Origin: an uncultured Gemmatimonadaceae bacterium | GTDB lineage: Bacteria; Gemmatimonadota; Gemmatimonadetes; Gemmatimonadales; Gemmatimonadaceae | Assembly: GCA_963761305.1 (NCBI GenBank) | Contig: CAVXGK010000001.1 | Span: 512,001 to 576,000 of the forward strand | Reading direction: 5' to 3' | Length of the DNA: 64,000 nucleotides | Part shown: piece after piece, positions 9,357 to 19,088 of the stretch | How the letters are laid out: each line of letters opens with the position of its first letter | Position numbering within the stretch: the first letter of the stretch is position 1 | Position numbers and translations under genes: made by a program | Notes under the pieces: model-generated | What the model was told of the DNA's origin: nothing | The model's database searches: none | The model's input: only the letters and a program-made list of their open reading frames with translations

Positions 9357-9920
9357 TCACCTGGAAAGGGAGGCAAGTTCTGCCACCCGTTCTATAACCT
9401 TTTGCAGACCAAAGAGTTCCGTATCTACCATCTCGTCGGCCGCTTCGTAGGCCGCCAGCCGAGCCCGGTATAGACGCTCCAGTTCGACGAGCGGTTCCGG
9501 CCGCGATAGCAGCGGTCTGAGCGCCCGTTTCGGACCCAAACGCTCGAGGGCCGTCACAGGACGCACTCTAAGGTATATGAGGCGTCCAGGGGGGCACAGC
9601 AGCGAAACCACGCCGGCATCACCAATCCAGCCCCCGCCGGGGGCCAGGATCATGTTTCCGACGAGCTGGAGTTCCTCCGTCAGCTCGCGCTCTTTCTGGC
9701 GGAAATAGCCTTCGCCCTGCTCGGCGAAAATCTGGCCCACGGACCGCCCCTCCCGACGCTCGAGCTCCACGTCGAAGTCGAGGAACGTGCGCCCGAGCCG
9801 CTCGGCCACCGCGGCGCCGACCGTGGATTTCCCCGCCCCCGGCAACCCGACGAGGATCACGTGCGGCTTGGAGGGATCAGCCTCCGAGCCGGGCTGCGAC
9901 GTGCGAAATGTAGGCGTCAT
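9357..9920 (-). CDS. aroK: Shikimate kinase
   Basis: Walker A GLPGAGKST, DFDVELE, GEGYFRQKE, GGG and RPLL lid; next to aroC. Start ATG 9920 or GTG 9860. Confidence 0.93.
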   Translation of the reverse strand: MTPTFRTSQPGSEADPSKPHVILVGLPGAGKSTVGAAVAERLGRTFLDFDVELERREGRSVGQIFAEQGEGYFRQKERELTEELQLVGNMILAPGGGWIGDAGVVSLLCPPGRLIYLRVRPVTALERLGPKRALRPLLSRPEPLVELERLYRARLAAYEAADEMVDTELFGLQKVIERVAELASLSR

Positions 9921-11070
9921 GGTTTCGCCTCGTCTCACCGAGCGAATCTCCGCCGAACTTCTCGAGGAACGCATCAGCAAGTACGAATGCCAACATTGCT
10001 TCGGCGATGACCCCCATCGCCGGGACGGCCGTGACGTCGCTACGCTCGGCGACGGCGGCAGCCGCTTCTCCGCTGGCGACGTCGACCGTCGCGAGCGGAC
10101 GCATCAACGTGCTGATCGGCTTCATGGCGACGCGAACAACCAGCGGCTCGCCGGTCGTCATGCCGCCTTCAAGACCGCCCGCGCGGTTCGTGCGGCGCCG
10201 CACGTTTCCCGTGCGCGGGCTGCCGGGCGCCATCTCGATCTCGTCGTGCACTTCGGCGCCGGTGAGGCGCGACGCCTCAAACCCCATGCCGATCTCGACG
10301 CCTTTCACGGCCGGGATCGACATGATTGCCGCGCCGATGCGGCCGTCGAGCTTGCGGTCCCACGACACGTGCGAACCCAGACCCACCGGCAAGCCGTCGA
10401 CGACGACTTCACAGATGCCGCCGAGCGTGTTTCCGGCGCGCTTGATCTGGTCGATCTTCTCGATCATCCGCTGCTCGGCGTCGGCGTCGAGGGTGCGCAA
10501 CGGCGACTCGTCGGCCGCGGCGTTGATGTTGGCCGGCATCTCGGCCGGCCGCCGCGCGTCGATGCCGCCGAGGTGCGCGACGTGGCTGCCGATGCAGACG
10601 TCGAACTCGCGGAGGAATCGCTTGCAGATCGCGGCCGCGGCCACGCGCGCCGTCGTCTCACGCGCCGACGCCCGCTCGAGGATGTCGCGCGCGTCGTCGC
10701 GGTCGTACTTGAGCAGCCCGGTGAGATCAGCGTGGCCCGGCCGCACACGCGTCACGGCGCGCTTGCGCGGCGTGCCCGGCTCGACGTCCGGCGCCGGGTT
10801 CATGATCTCTTCCCAGTTCTTCCAGTCGCGATTGCGGATCAACATCGCGATCGGCGCGCCGATCGTCTCGCCCGCGCGGACGCCCGAGAGAAATTCCACC
10901 GCGTCCTTCTCGATCTGCATCCGGCGCCCGCGGCCGTACCCTTGTTGACGGCGCGCGAGCTCGGCGTCGACGTCCCCTGAAAGCAGAGGCAGGCCCGCCG
11001 GCATTCCTTCCAGAATGCTCACGAGGGCCTGCCCATGCGATTCTCCAGCGGTCGTGAAGCGTAAGGTCAT
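9877..11070 (-). CDS. aroC: Chorismate synthase
   Basis: TAGESHG, RRQQGYGRG, RPGHAD, ERASARETTARVA, MKPIST and RSDV signatures. Confidence 0.98.
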   Translation of the reverse strand: MTLRFTTAGESHGQALVSILEGMPAGLPLLSGDVDAELARRQQGYGRGRRMQIEKDAVEFLSGVRAGETIGAPIAMLIRNRDWKNWEEIMNPAPDVEPGTPRKRAVTRVRPGHADLTGLLKYDRDDARDILERASARETTARVAAAAICKRFLREFDVCIGSHVAHLGGIDARRPAEMPANINAAADESPLRTLDADAEQRMIEKIDQIKRAGNTLGGICEVVVDGLPVGLGSHVSWDRKLDGRIGAAIMSIPAVKGVEIGMGFEASRLTGAEVHDEIEMAPGSPRTGNVRRRTNRAGGLEGGMTTGEPLVVRVAMKPISTLMRPLATVDVASGEAAAAVAERSDVTAVPAMGVIAEAMLAFVLADAFLEKFGGDSLGETRRNHDAYISHVAARLGG

Positions 11071-11135
11071 GCGTGTATCTTAGCGCCCCACCCTCCTGCC
11101 GCCTCGACCGCGCGTCGCCGCGCGGCCTCCTTCAA

Positions 11136-13700
11136 TTACGGTCCCGGCTTGATGTCCGTCGCCGTGAGATCGATGACGACGAGTCCTTGCTGGCTGACGG
11201 CGAAGACCTTGAGGATCACGTCCGGCGGGTCACCGGGCATCGGCAACGACACGCGGAGCGGCCCGTAGATCGGATTCTTGAGCTGCAGACGCGCGCGGCG
11301 GATGTAGTACGCGATGTCGACGACCTCGATGTTGCCGCTGGCCGACCCGACGAACGCGAGCCGTTGATCCTGCGATGTGAGCACGCCGTTCGCGCCCGGA
11401 TGGAACGCGATGCCGGCGCCGTCGTCGAACGAATCGTATTTGCCCTGCAGTCGGAGATGGAACGGATCGCTGACTGACGCGAAGTACGACTGCAAGCCGT
11501 GCGACGCGACCGTGAGACCGGTCTTGTCGAGCGCGATCCCGAAGTTCTTCTCGGACGCGTTGTCGGTGAGGTCCTGAATCGTGACCAGCGGCGAGAAGAA
11601 GTTGGGCACGGCGCCCGCGCTGTCGGCCACCATCACGACGCGACCCGCGCCGGACGAGTGACCCTCTCCGAAGGCGATCCACTGCTTGTTCCCCGACGCC
11701 GCGACGAAATTCGTGTCCTCGAGGGCGAGCGACGAGATGTCGATGTGCGAGATCAGTTCGGCGTCGCTGCCGCCGGCGACCGCTTCGCCCACCGCGACGA
11801 CCGGATCGGGGTCCGACACGACGATCGAACCCGACGCCTGGCCGTACGGATGATCGAAGATCGTGAGGCGGTCGGACGTGGTGTCCGTGGGCAGCGCCTG
11901 GAAGATCGCGATCGAGTCGACGTTGAACAGCGCGTACTGCTCTGTGGTGGTTTCCTGGATGACGCCGTACTGCCAGATCTGGCGTGGATCCGGAACCGGC
12001 AACGACGGGTCGAGCCACCGCAGGGTGCCGGCAGGCGCGGCGTCGGTGGGGCGCGTCGAGTAGAAGACACGGCCGCCCTTCGATTGTGCGATGTATTGCG
12101 GCCGATCCGAGTAGCTGATCGGGCCGTCCGCCGTCAAACGAATCTTGCCGGTCGTCGCGTCGCGCGTAACGGTGATTGAGAAGAGATACGTATTTCTCGT
12201 GAGAATGCGGTGCGCGAGATCCTCGTGCATCGAGGTCGCGCTGGTCGAGCCGATGAACACGCGGCTGATGTTCGTACCGCCGGAGTTGGCGACGAGCAGC
12301 GTGTCGGGGTTGTTCGAGATCGCCATGCCCCACGGCAGCGAGCCGACGGCGACGGGCGTTTGCGCAAAGCCCTTTCCGCTCGAAGAGCTCTGCCAGATGT
12401 TGAGCAGATTGAAGTTCGTGTTCGACAGGAACACGTTGCCGCGCGCGGCGTCGACCGCGACGTCGCCGATCGTGCCGGACTGCGGCAGCGAGTACGTGCG
12501 GCCATACACCAGTAGCGTGGAGTCGATGACCGCGTTCGCGATGTTGCCTTCAGCGACGAGGTGCGTGGGCGCAACCGCGTAACCGACGCGGCCCGCCTGA
12601 TCGACGGCGAATCCCGTGATACCGAGTCGCTGCCCCTGAAGGGTGCGCGACAGGTTGAGCGGTACCTTGCCGCTGGCGTTCGCGTTGAACGGTCCCGAGA
12701 GCGGCAGTGAATCCGTCTGCACGATGTTGTTGGCCGAGTCGCGGACGATGACGCCGAGCAGCGTGATCGCGTCGCCCGTGGCGCTCACCGACACGGAGTC
12801 GGCGAATTCCGTCTTGGGCGGCACACTTTGCGTGACGCGCGGCTGGGCGGAGCTGGCCGGGCGCACGAACGCCAGCACGGCGGACGACGAACCAGGCTGA
12901 CGATTGGCGTCGACGGCGGTCGACGTCACCGTGATCTTGCCGCGGATGGGCGCATTGATCGGCACGCGCGCGGTGGTCGTGAACGTGACGTCGCGCGGGC
13001 CATCGCTGTAGACCTGCGAAATAGTCGTGTCGAGCTTGGTCGGCCAGTTGGCCTCGCCCTGGACGCGAATGTCGATGCGGCCCACGCCGGCGCCGCTTTG
13101 CGCGCGAGAGGCGACGCTGATGCCGATGCCGGCGGGAACGCTGTCGCCGTTGTTCGGCGCGACGATCGTCACCGTCGGACCCGACACGAGGAGGATCGAA
13201 CGCAATACTGTGTCGGCGCCGCTGGCGTTGTCGAGACCCGAGGCAACGACGAGGAGGCTGTCGAGCGACGTATCGGCGGCGCTGATCGGCTGCAGGTAAC
13301 GACGAATCACGGTGTCCTGCAGACCGGCGCGGAACACGCCCGCCACCGGAATCGGAATCGGCAGGTACCGCGGTGTCAGCGTGTAGGTGCCAAGATCCAC
13401 GCTGCCCTTGGTCGTGAAGCCCTGGACGGTCGCGGACTTCAGTCCCTTGCTGCTATGAAGATGCAGGCGCACGAACACCGAGTCGCCGACGTTGATCAAC
13501 GTGCCGACGGTCGGCGAGTCGACCGACATCGTCAGATTGCCGGCGGTGCTCGAACCAGACGACGTTCCTCCCGTCGTCCCGGTTCCTCCGGTCGGGGACA
13601 CCGAAACCTGCGTGCCCGTGGAGGCAGTCGTGTCGCAGCTCGCGACGATAGCGACACCGGCGGCCAGCCCGGCCAGCCGGACCAAAGATGCTCGAGTCAT
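11136..13700 (-). CDS. Large Ser/Thr-rich lipoprotein of unknown function (Ig-like N-terminal repeats, predicted beta-propeller C-terminus)
   Basis: Lipobox IVASC, G/T/S linker, beta-rich sequence, propeller-like segments (DVAVDAARGNVFLSN, VGSLPWGMAIS..LLVANSG); 23 bp downstream of pilQ. Confidence 0.7.
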   Translation of the reverse strand: MTRASLVRLAGLAAGVAIVASCDTTASTGTQVSVSPTGGTGTTGGTSSGSSTAGNLTMSVDSPTVGTLINVGDSVFVRLHLHSSKGLKSATVQGFTTKGSVDLGTYTLTPRYLPIPIPVAGVFRAGLQDTVIRRYLQPISAADTSLDSLLVVASGLDNASGADTVLRSILLVSGPTVTIVAPNNGDSVPAGIGISVASRAQSGAGVGRIDIRVQGEANWPTKLDTTISQVYSDGPRDVTFTTTARVPINAPIRGKITVTSTAVDANRQPGSSSAVLAFVRPASSAQPRVTQSVPPKTEFADSVSVSATGDAITLLGVIVRDSANNIVQTDSLPLSGPFNANASGKVPLNLSRTLQGQRLGITGFAVDQAGRVGYAVAPTHLVAEGNIANAVIDSTLLVYGRTYSLPQSGTIGDVAVDAARGNVFLSNTNFNLLNIWQSSSSGKGFAQTPVAVGSLPWGMAISNNPDTLLVANSGGTNISRVFIGSTSATSMHEDLAHRILTRNTYLFSITVTRDATTGKIRLTADGPISYSDRPQYIAQSKGGRVFYSTRPTDAAPAGTLRWLDPSLPVPDPRQIWQYGVIQETTTEQYALFNVDSIAIFQALPTDTTSDRLTIFDHPYGQASGSIVVSDPDPVVAVGEAVAGGSDAELISHIDISSLALEDTNFVAASGNKQWIAFGEGHSSGAGRVVMVADSAGAVPNFFSPLVTIQDLTDNASEKNFGIALDKTGLTVASHGLQSYFASVSDPFHLRLQGKYDSFDDGAGIAFHPGANGVLTSQDQRLAFVGSASGNIEVVDIAYYIRRARLQLKNPIYGPLRVSLPMPGDPPDVILKVFAVSQQGLVVIDLTATDIKPGP

Positions 13701-13723
13701 TTCAGGTAGCTCCCGGAGCCGAT

Positions 13724-15898
13724 TTACGGGCGGCTCGGATCGGGCGACTGCCCGTCGTCGATGATGTGAGGCGTGATCAGGATGAGCAGATCACGTTTGG
13801 TTTCCGACCGGTTGGTGACGCCGAAGAGGCGCCCGATGATCGGGAGGTCGACGAGCAGCGGAAGGCCTGTCTTGCTGACGGTAACGCTCGTCTGCGTGAG
13901 ACCGCCCATCACCGTCGTCTCGCCGTCGGCGACCAGAACTTCGTTGTCGACCTTCTGCGTCGGGAACACGGCGCCGACGTCGTTCGACTGGAACTGCACG
14001 TCCGAGTTCTCGACGTGGACGCGCATCTGAATCTGGTGGTTCGCCGTGATCTGCGGGGTGACCGTGAGGATCACGCCCGTTTGCTGCATCTGGACCGTGG
14101 CACGCGGGAAGTTGCCCGTCTGGTTGCCGCCGGCCGAGGCGTCGATGATGCGGATCGGCACTTGCGTGCCGGCCGTGAGGTTCGCCGTGCGGTTGTTCAA
14201 CACCGTGGCGCTCGGCTCGGCCTGCACGTCGAGGAGCGTGTTCGACTGGAGCGCCTCGAGGAAGGTCGTGAAGTTGTAGTTGCCCATCGCCGTCGAGTAG
14301 ACGAGCTGCAGCGCCGCGCTCGGAATGCGCGCCGTGGCGTTGGCGATCGCCGAGATGGTGTTGCCGCCGAGCAGAATCTGGCCCGGCGTGGTGAGCGGCT
14401 GGCCGAGCGAGTCGAGACGGGGAACGATGTCGTTGAAGAACTGCTGCTGCGAACCAAGGTCGTAGCGAAGACCGAGGCCTTCCAGCGTCGTACGATCGAC
14501 GAGGATGATCCTGGCCTTGATGTTGACCTGCGGCTGGCGCAGGTCGAGGCTGCGCGCGTACTCCTCGAGCTCGGGGAGCGCGCTCGGAATGTCGGTGATC
14601 GTCACGCTGTTGGTGATCGTGTCACCGGTGACCGTGCCGCGAACCGGGCACGCAAAGCTCTGTACGATGCTGACCTGGGGATCGGCAGCCGCCGGCGGCG
14701 CCGTCATGCCCGGCGCCTGCATCGCGGCGGGGGCCTGGCCGGCCGTCGCGGTGCGCGTGATCGGGCACGAGCGTGTGAGACGTTCGGCCACCATCGGAGC
14801 GACTGCTTTGGCGCGGGCGTAGTTGAGACGGATCGTCCGATTGCGGAGCGGAATCGTCGACTGACGCGCCGCGATGTTCTCGAACGTGTCGATGACGATG
14901 ACGCCGTCAGGATTGATCGAGACGTCGTAGCCCGATGCGTTCATGACTTCCTTGAGGGCGACGTCCCAGGGGAGATTCGTGATGTTCGCCGTGACGAAGC
15001 CGATCACGCCACGCGCCGGAAGAATCGTGCGGCCGGTGAACGCGGCGAACACGCCGATGACATCACTGATCGGAGCGTTTTCCCAGTTCACGTTGATGCG
15101 TGGTTCCTGCGACTGCTGGGTCTTGGCAGGTTTGGCGGTGGTGATTTCGGCCTGGCGGAACACGAGCTCCGACGGCGCGGCCGTCGCCGACGCGTAACGC
15201 GGCGGCGCAACGTCGCGCTCGGTCGCGAGCAGCGACTCGGCGCGCGCCGGCAGCGTGACGGGCACGACGTCTTCGACAACCTTCTTCGGCGCCGGCGCCG
15301 TCTTGACCGGCGCGGGAGCAGCAGTGGGGACCTGGACCGGGGCGGCGACCGGCGCTGCGGCCGGCGCGGCCACGACCGGCACGGCGTCGGTCACGGTCGC
15401 GGTCGGGCGCGCCTTCGCGGGGCCCGAGCCGACGGACCAGGGATCGAACTTGCCCTTGGCGCCGTCGACGCTGATCCGGACTTCGCCGTCGTTCTGCACG
15501 ACGTTGTACGTGTGCGGCGCGTCGAGGGTGAGCACGACGCGGACCGTGGATTTCGTGAACTGTGAATAGCGAACCCGCGTGATGCCGCCGCGCGCGACGC
15601 CATCATACGAATCGCCGCCGGGCACGCCGAGCGTGGCGCCGGTCAGGTCGACGACGATCTTGTCCGGATTCGTCATCGTGAAGTGTTTGAGCGTGATCGC
15701 ACCGTCGATGCGAATGACGACGTCGGCGCGCGCGCCTCCGGCAGGAGCCGCGGCGTTGGGAACCACGCTGAGCGCGGTCACCTTCGCGTCGTTGGGTGGG
15801 AGCGGCGTGCCCGGGAGCAGCGACGCGGCGGCGGTCTTTCCGCCCACCACGCCGGCCGCGACGAACATCGCCGTAGCCAGAGTCCGGTGCGAAATCAT
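13724..15898 (-). CDS. pilQ: Type IV pilus secretin with AMIN domain
   Basis: N-terminal AMIN-like region (NPDKIVVDL, VRVVLTLD); secretin motifs QVNIKARII, LADGETTVMGGL-like segment, PLLVDLPIIGRLF, LLILITPHII. Confidence 0.95.
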   Translation of the reverse strand: MISHRTLATAMFVAAGVVGGKTAAASLLPGTPLPPNDAKVTALSVVPNAAAPAGGARADVVIRIDGAITLKHFTMTNPDKIVVDLTGATLGVPGGDSYDGVARGGITRVRYSQFTKSTVRVVLTLDAPHTYNVVQNDGEVRISVDGAKGKFDPWSVGSGPAKARPTATVTDAVPVVAAPAAAPVAAPVQVPTAAPAPVKTAPAPKKVVEDVVPVTLPARAESLLATERDVAPPRYASATAAPSELVFRQAEITTAKPAKTQQSQEPRINVNWENAPISDVIGVFAAFTGRTILPARGVIGFVTANITNLPWDVALKEVMNASGYDVSINPDGVIVIDTFENIAARQSTIPLRNRTIRLNYARAKAVAPMVAERLTRSCPITRTATAGQAPAAMQAPGMTAPPAAADPQVSIVQSFACPVRGTVTGDTITNSVTITDIPSALPELEEYARSLDLRQPQVNIKARIILVDRTTLEGLGLRYDLGSQQQFFNDIVPRLDSLGQPLTTPGQILLGGNTISAIANATARIPSAALQLVYSTAMGNYNFTTFLEALQSNTLLDVQAEPSATVLNNRTANLTAGTQVPIRIIDASAGGNQTGNFPRATVQMQQTGVILTVTPQITANHQIQMRVHVENSDVQFQSNDVGAVFPTQKVDNEVLVADGETTVMGGLTQTSVTVSKTGLPLLVDLPIIGRLFGVTNRSETKRDLLILITPHIIDDGQSPDPSRP

Positions 15899-16506
15899 TT
15901 TCCCCTCGTTCTAGTGGAATCGCCGAGGAACAGAGAGTCCTGGCGAGTCGTTCCGAATTCGTCGATCGTGAAAATCACGGCCTTCATGCGGATGGTGGAC
16001 ACGCGCATACGGCCGAGGGTGGAGCCGACGAACACGCGATACTGCATGTTCGACTGCACATCGCGAAGCGTGGCGACGGACCGGTTGCCGGAATGATCGA
16101 ACAGGATGCCGGTGAGACGGAGATCGCTGAGCGTCGGACGCAGTTCGTTCGTCGCGAGCAGTGAGAAGAACGGATCGCGGCGCCCGTCGCGCGAATACGC
16201 ATACTCTTCGCGCATGATCGCTGATGGCGGCGTGAGCGTGTCCGACTTCGTCCCGATGGACAGGGCCGACTTTTTTCCCGTCGACTTCACGGTATCTCGA
16301 CGCACCTCGCCGGCCGAGGTGGAGACCACGGCCGTCGGGCGCGAAGGCCCGTCCGGCCGCTGCTCCGCCTCGACGTGCGCGGATGCCGCGTTTGCCGCTT
16401 TGTGCGCCGCCGCCTTCGCCGCGGCGAAAGGGGCCTGTGCGAACGACGCCGGTGCAACACCGGCGACGATCACCGAGGCAGCGAGAACAGACGAGAAGCG
16501 GCTCAT
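15895..16506 (-). CDS. pilP: PilP-like pilus assembly protein
   Basis: YAYSRDGRRDPFFSL and LRLTGIL motifs; lies between pilO and pilQ; signal peptide without an obvious lipobox Cys. Confidence 0.7.
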   Translation of the reverse strand: MSRFSSVLAASVIVAGVAPASFAQAPFAAAKAAAHKAANAASAHVEAEQRPDGPSRPTAVVSTSAGEVRRDTVKSTGKKSALSIGTKSDTLTPPSAIMREEYAYSRDGRRDPFFSLLATNELRPTLSDLRLTGILFDHSGNRSVATLRDVQSNMQYRVFVGSTLGRMRVSTIRMKAVIFTIDEFGTTRQDSLFLGDSTRTRGK

Positions 16507-17123
16507 GGCATGCCTACCTTGCCGCCGGGCGCGCCCTTCGGCGGGGCGTGCGCGACATATGTTTGAATTCCGAATTTCACGTCCAGGACCTGCTCGTTCT
16601 TCTTGGGGCGCAACTCGAGGTTGACGCGAGTCGACGGCGACAGCGCCACGTTGATGGGCGCCACGATGCGCGGCAGCGATCCGATGTTGGCGAGGAACTC
16701 GGCCACCTGATGGTACGGACCGTTCACGGCGAGTTTGTACCGATAGGTGTCGAACTGATCGCCGTTCACGACGCCGTCGGGCTGCACGTCGGAGAACTCC
16801 AACCCGGCGCGGCGTGCCGCGGAGGAGATCGACTCCAGCAACGCCGGCACTTCGTTCTCCGTCGGCACGAGCCGGCGCAGGACGCTGAGCTCCTGGCCGT
16901 ACTCGTCGGCCTCGCGGCGCATCTTCGCCGCGGTGCCCTTGGCCACCTGGATCTTGGCGACGCGGTTCAGCGAATCGAGCGTGTCGAGCCGCGCCGCGAG
17001 CACCTTGTTGTCGGCGTTCTTGGGCGTCCAGACGAGCTGCTGGTACACCGCCGCCAGACCGACCACGGCGAGGGCGATCAACAGCAGGTTGCGATTGCGC
17101 GGGTTCTGCGGAACGAGACCCAT
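16503..17123 (-). CDS. pilO: Type IVa pilus biogenesis protein PilO
   Basis: N-terminal TM helix, coiled coil, LVPTENEVPALL, GPYHQVAEFLANIGSLPRIV. Confidence 0.93.
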   Translation of the reverse strand: MGLVPQNPRNRNLLLIALAVVGLAAVYQQLVWTPKNADNKVLAARLDTLDSLNRVAKIQVAKGTAAKMRREADEYGQELSVLRRLVPTENEVPALLESISSAARRAGLEFSDVQPDGVVNGDQFDTYRYKLAVNGPYHQVAEFLANIGSLPRIVAPINVALSPSTRVNLELRPKKNEQVLDVKFGIQTYVAHAPPKGAPGGKVGMP

Positions 17124-17126
17124 GAC

Positions 17127-17885
17127 TTACCTCGCCGACAGGGTGAGCGGCGCGCGGCGAATCACGGTCGAATCGGGCCGGTTATAGGCGATCGTCAACT
17201 GGAACTGCGTGACTTCCTTGTTCAGTTCGAGCGCGAGCTCCGACCGGTCGAGTTGCACGTTGGTCAGAAACGGTGATGCTTCGAGATCTTTCATAAAGCG
17301 CGTGAGCGCCTGAATGTCGACGGTGTGACCGGAGACGCGGACGCCGATCGCGTCGCGCGGGACGTCCGTATCCAACCGCTTCGGCGCGCCGCGCGCGGCC
17401 GCCGCCTTCTTCGCGGCCGCCGAGGTATCGGCCTTCGGCGCGGCGACGACGTTGGTCGATCCCTGCGGCGTGCCGGTGAACGAGATGTTCGTGAGCCACG
17501 TGTACTGCGGCAGCGCGCGGCTCACCTCGTCCATCACGTGCGCCCAGACGAACCGATCGTCGTCCAGACTGCGAATGATGTTGACCTGGCGGAGCAGCGT
17601 GTCGCGCACCGCTTCGGCGTGGTAGCGATCCTTGAGGAAGTTCGCGTACCGCGTCGAGTCGCTCACCGAGCGATCGCGACGCGCCTCGAGGTCAGCGGAA
17701 TTCGCGTTCTGCGTGGTGTAGAGATACCCGACGGCGCCGAGGCTGAGCACGACCGCGGACACGGCTCCGATGAGGAACGGGTCCTTGAACATGCCGGCGA
17801 ACCCGGCCCGGAACGCCGACAGATCGATGCTCTGGCGGCTCGCGGCCTTCTTGTTCGCACCCGGCAGCAGGTTGATTTGAATCAT
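17127..17885 (-). CDS. pilN: Type IVa pilus biogenesis protein PilN
   Basis: N-terminal INLLP motif, TM helix, LPQYTWL, FMKDLEASPFL. Confidence 0.92.
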   Translation of the reverse strand: MIQINLLPGANKKAASRQSIDLSAFRAGFAGMFKDPFLIGAVSAVVLSLGAVGYLYTTQNANSADLEARRDRSVSDSTRYANFLKDRYHAEAVRDTLLRQVNIIRSLDDDRFVWAHVMDEVSRALPQYTWLTNISFTGTPQGSTNVVAAPKADTSAAAKKAAAARGAPKRLDTDVPRDAIGVRVSGHTVDIQALTRFMKDLEASPFLTNVQLDRSELALELNKEVTQFQLTIAYNRPDSTVIRRAPLTLSAR

Positions 17886-18922
17886 GCGACCTTCCTGAGC
17901 GCCAGCCCGATCGGCATCATGAGAAGCGGGGCAATCTCATCGGTCACCAAATCTTCGAGCGCACCATCCCGAACCTTTAGATTCGCCAGCGGGTTGGCTT
18001 GCCGGACTGTGACGTGGAGCCGGTTGGCCAGCGCCTCATTGAGGCCCGGAATCCGGGCGCCGCCGCCGCAGGTGTAGATCGCGTGCATGCTGCCCGCGCG
18101 GGAGTTCTGGGCGAGAAACGCCGCTGCCCGCTCGATGCCGACGGCGATCTCTTCGCCGCGGCCGGCGAGCACCGCGTCCAGATGCGGCGAACGGTCGTAG
18201 CCCTGAAGAAGCGCCTGCGCCTCCTCGGCGCCGAGCCCGCGCTCGCGCTGCAGATCTTCGCGGATGCGGCGCGTGCCGACCGCGAGATCGCGCGTGAGCA
18301 GCGGCACGCCCTCGTCGAGGATGTTGATGTTGGTGACGTCATGGCCGATGTTCACCAGCCCCACCACGCCACTCATCGCGTCGGGATGATTCAACTCGAA
18401 CGCGTTGTGCAACGCGAACGCCTCGACGTCCATCATCGCCGGCTCGAGACCCGCGTCGTTGAGGATGCGGGTCTTCGACTCGATCAGCTCGCGCTTGGCG
18501 GCGACGAGCAACACGCTCATCTCGAGACCGTCGCCGTCGGGATCGAGGATCTGGAAGTCCAGCTCGACCGACTCCATATCGAACGGCACGTGCTGCTCGG
18601 CTTCCCACCGCATCAGCTCGCGCGCCTGTTTCTCTTTCACGCGTTCGATTTGAATCTTCTTAATGATCACGTCGCGGCCGCCGACGGCCGTCACCACCGA
18701 CGTCGACTTGACGCCGGCGCTGGCGAGCGCCGAACGCACCGCCTCGGCGACGATGCCGGGGTCCATGACTTCGCCCTCGACGATCGCGTCGGCGAGCAGC
18801 GGCGTCACGGTCACTCGCACGAGCTCCGGCTCGCGCTTCGAGTGATCGACGACGGCGACCTTGACGAGTCCCGATCCAATGTCGAGACCCACGGTTGTTT
18901 TCTTGCGACCCAGGAGTGCCAT
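17882..18922 (-). CDS. pilM: Type IVa pilus assembly protein PilM
   Basis: VGLDIGSGLVK, EAEQHVPF, LLVAAKR, VNIGHDVT, CGGGARIPGL, IGLALR. Confidence 0.96.
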   Translation of the reverse strand: MALLGRKKTTVGLDIGSGLVKVAVVDHSKREPELVRVTVTPLLADAIVEGEVMDPGIVAEAVRSALASAGVKSTSVVTAVGGRDVIIKKIQIERVKEKQARELMRWEAEQHVPFDMESVELDFQILDPDGDGLEMSVLLVAAKRELIESKTRILNDAGLEPAMMDVEAFALHNAFELNHPDAMSGVVGLVNIGHDVTNINILDEGVPLLTRDLAVGTRRIREDLQRERGLGAEEAQALLQGYDRSPHLDAVLAGRGEEIAVGIERAAAFLAQNSRAGSMHAIYTCGGGARIPGLNEALANRLHVTVRQANPLANLKVRDGALEDLVTDEIAPLLMMPIGLALRKVA

Positions 18923-19046
18923 GAGTGGGCGTGAATCAGTGGACCAAGTGGGGAGATACTTGCCGGTCGTCCACGGTTATCCGGGCTGCGACTACTCAAT
19001 CGGTCACAGCAGTATTGTCTCACCGAACACGACCGACTCCCCTGCA

Positions 19047-19084
19047 GGTAACAGGCGGTAACAGGTGTCACATCGTGTATCACA
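19047..19084 (-). promoter_or_regulatory. Phased direct-repeat operator upstream of pilM
   Basis: GGTAACAGG at 19047-19055 and 19057-19065 (10-bp period), followed by GTCACA and ATCACA hexamers. Confidence 0.4.
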
Positions 19085-19088
19085 TGGC

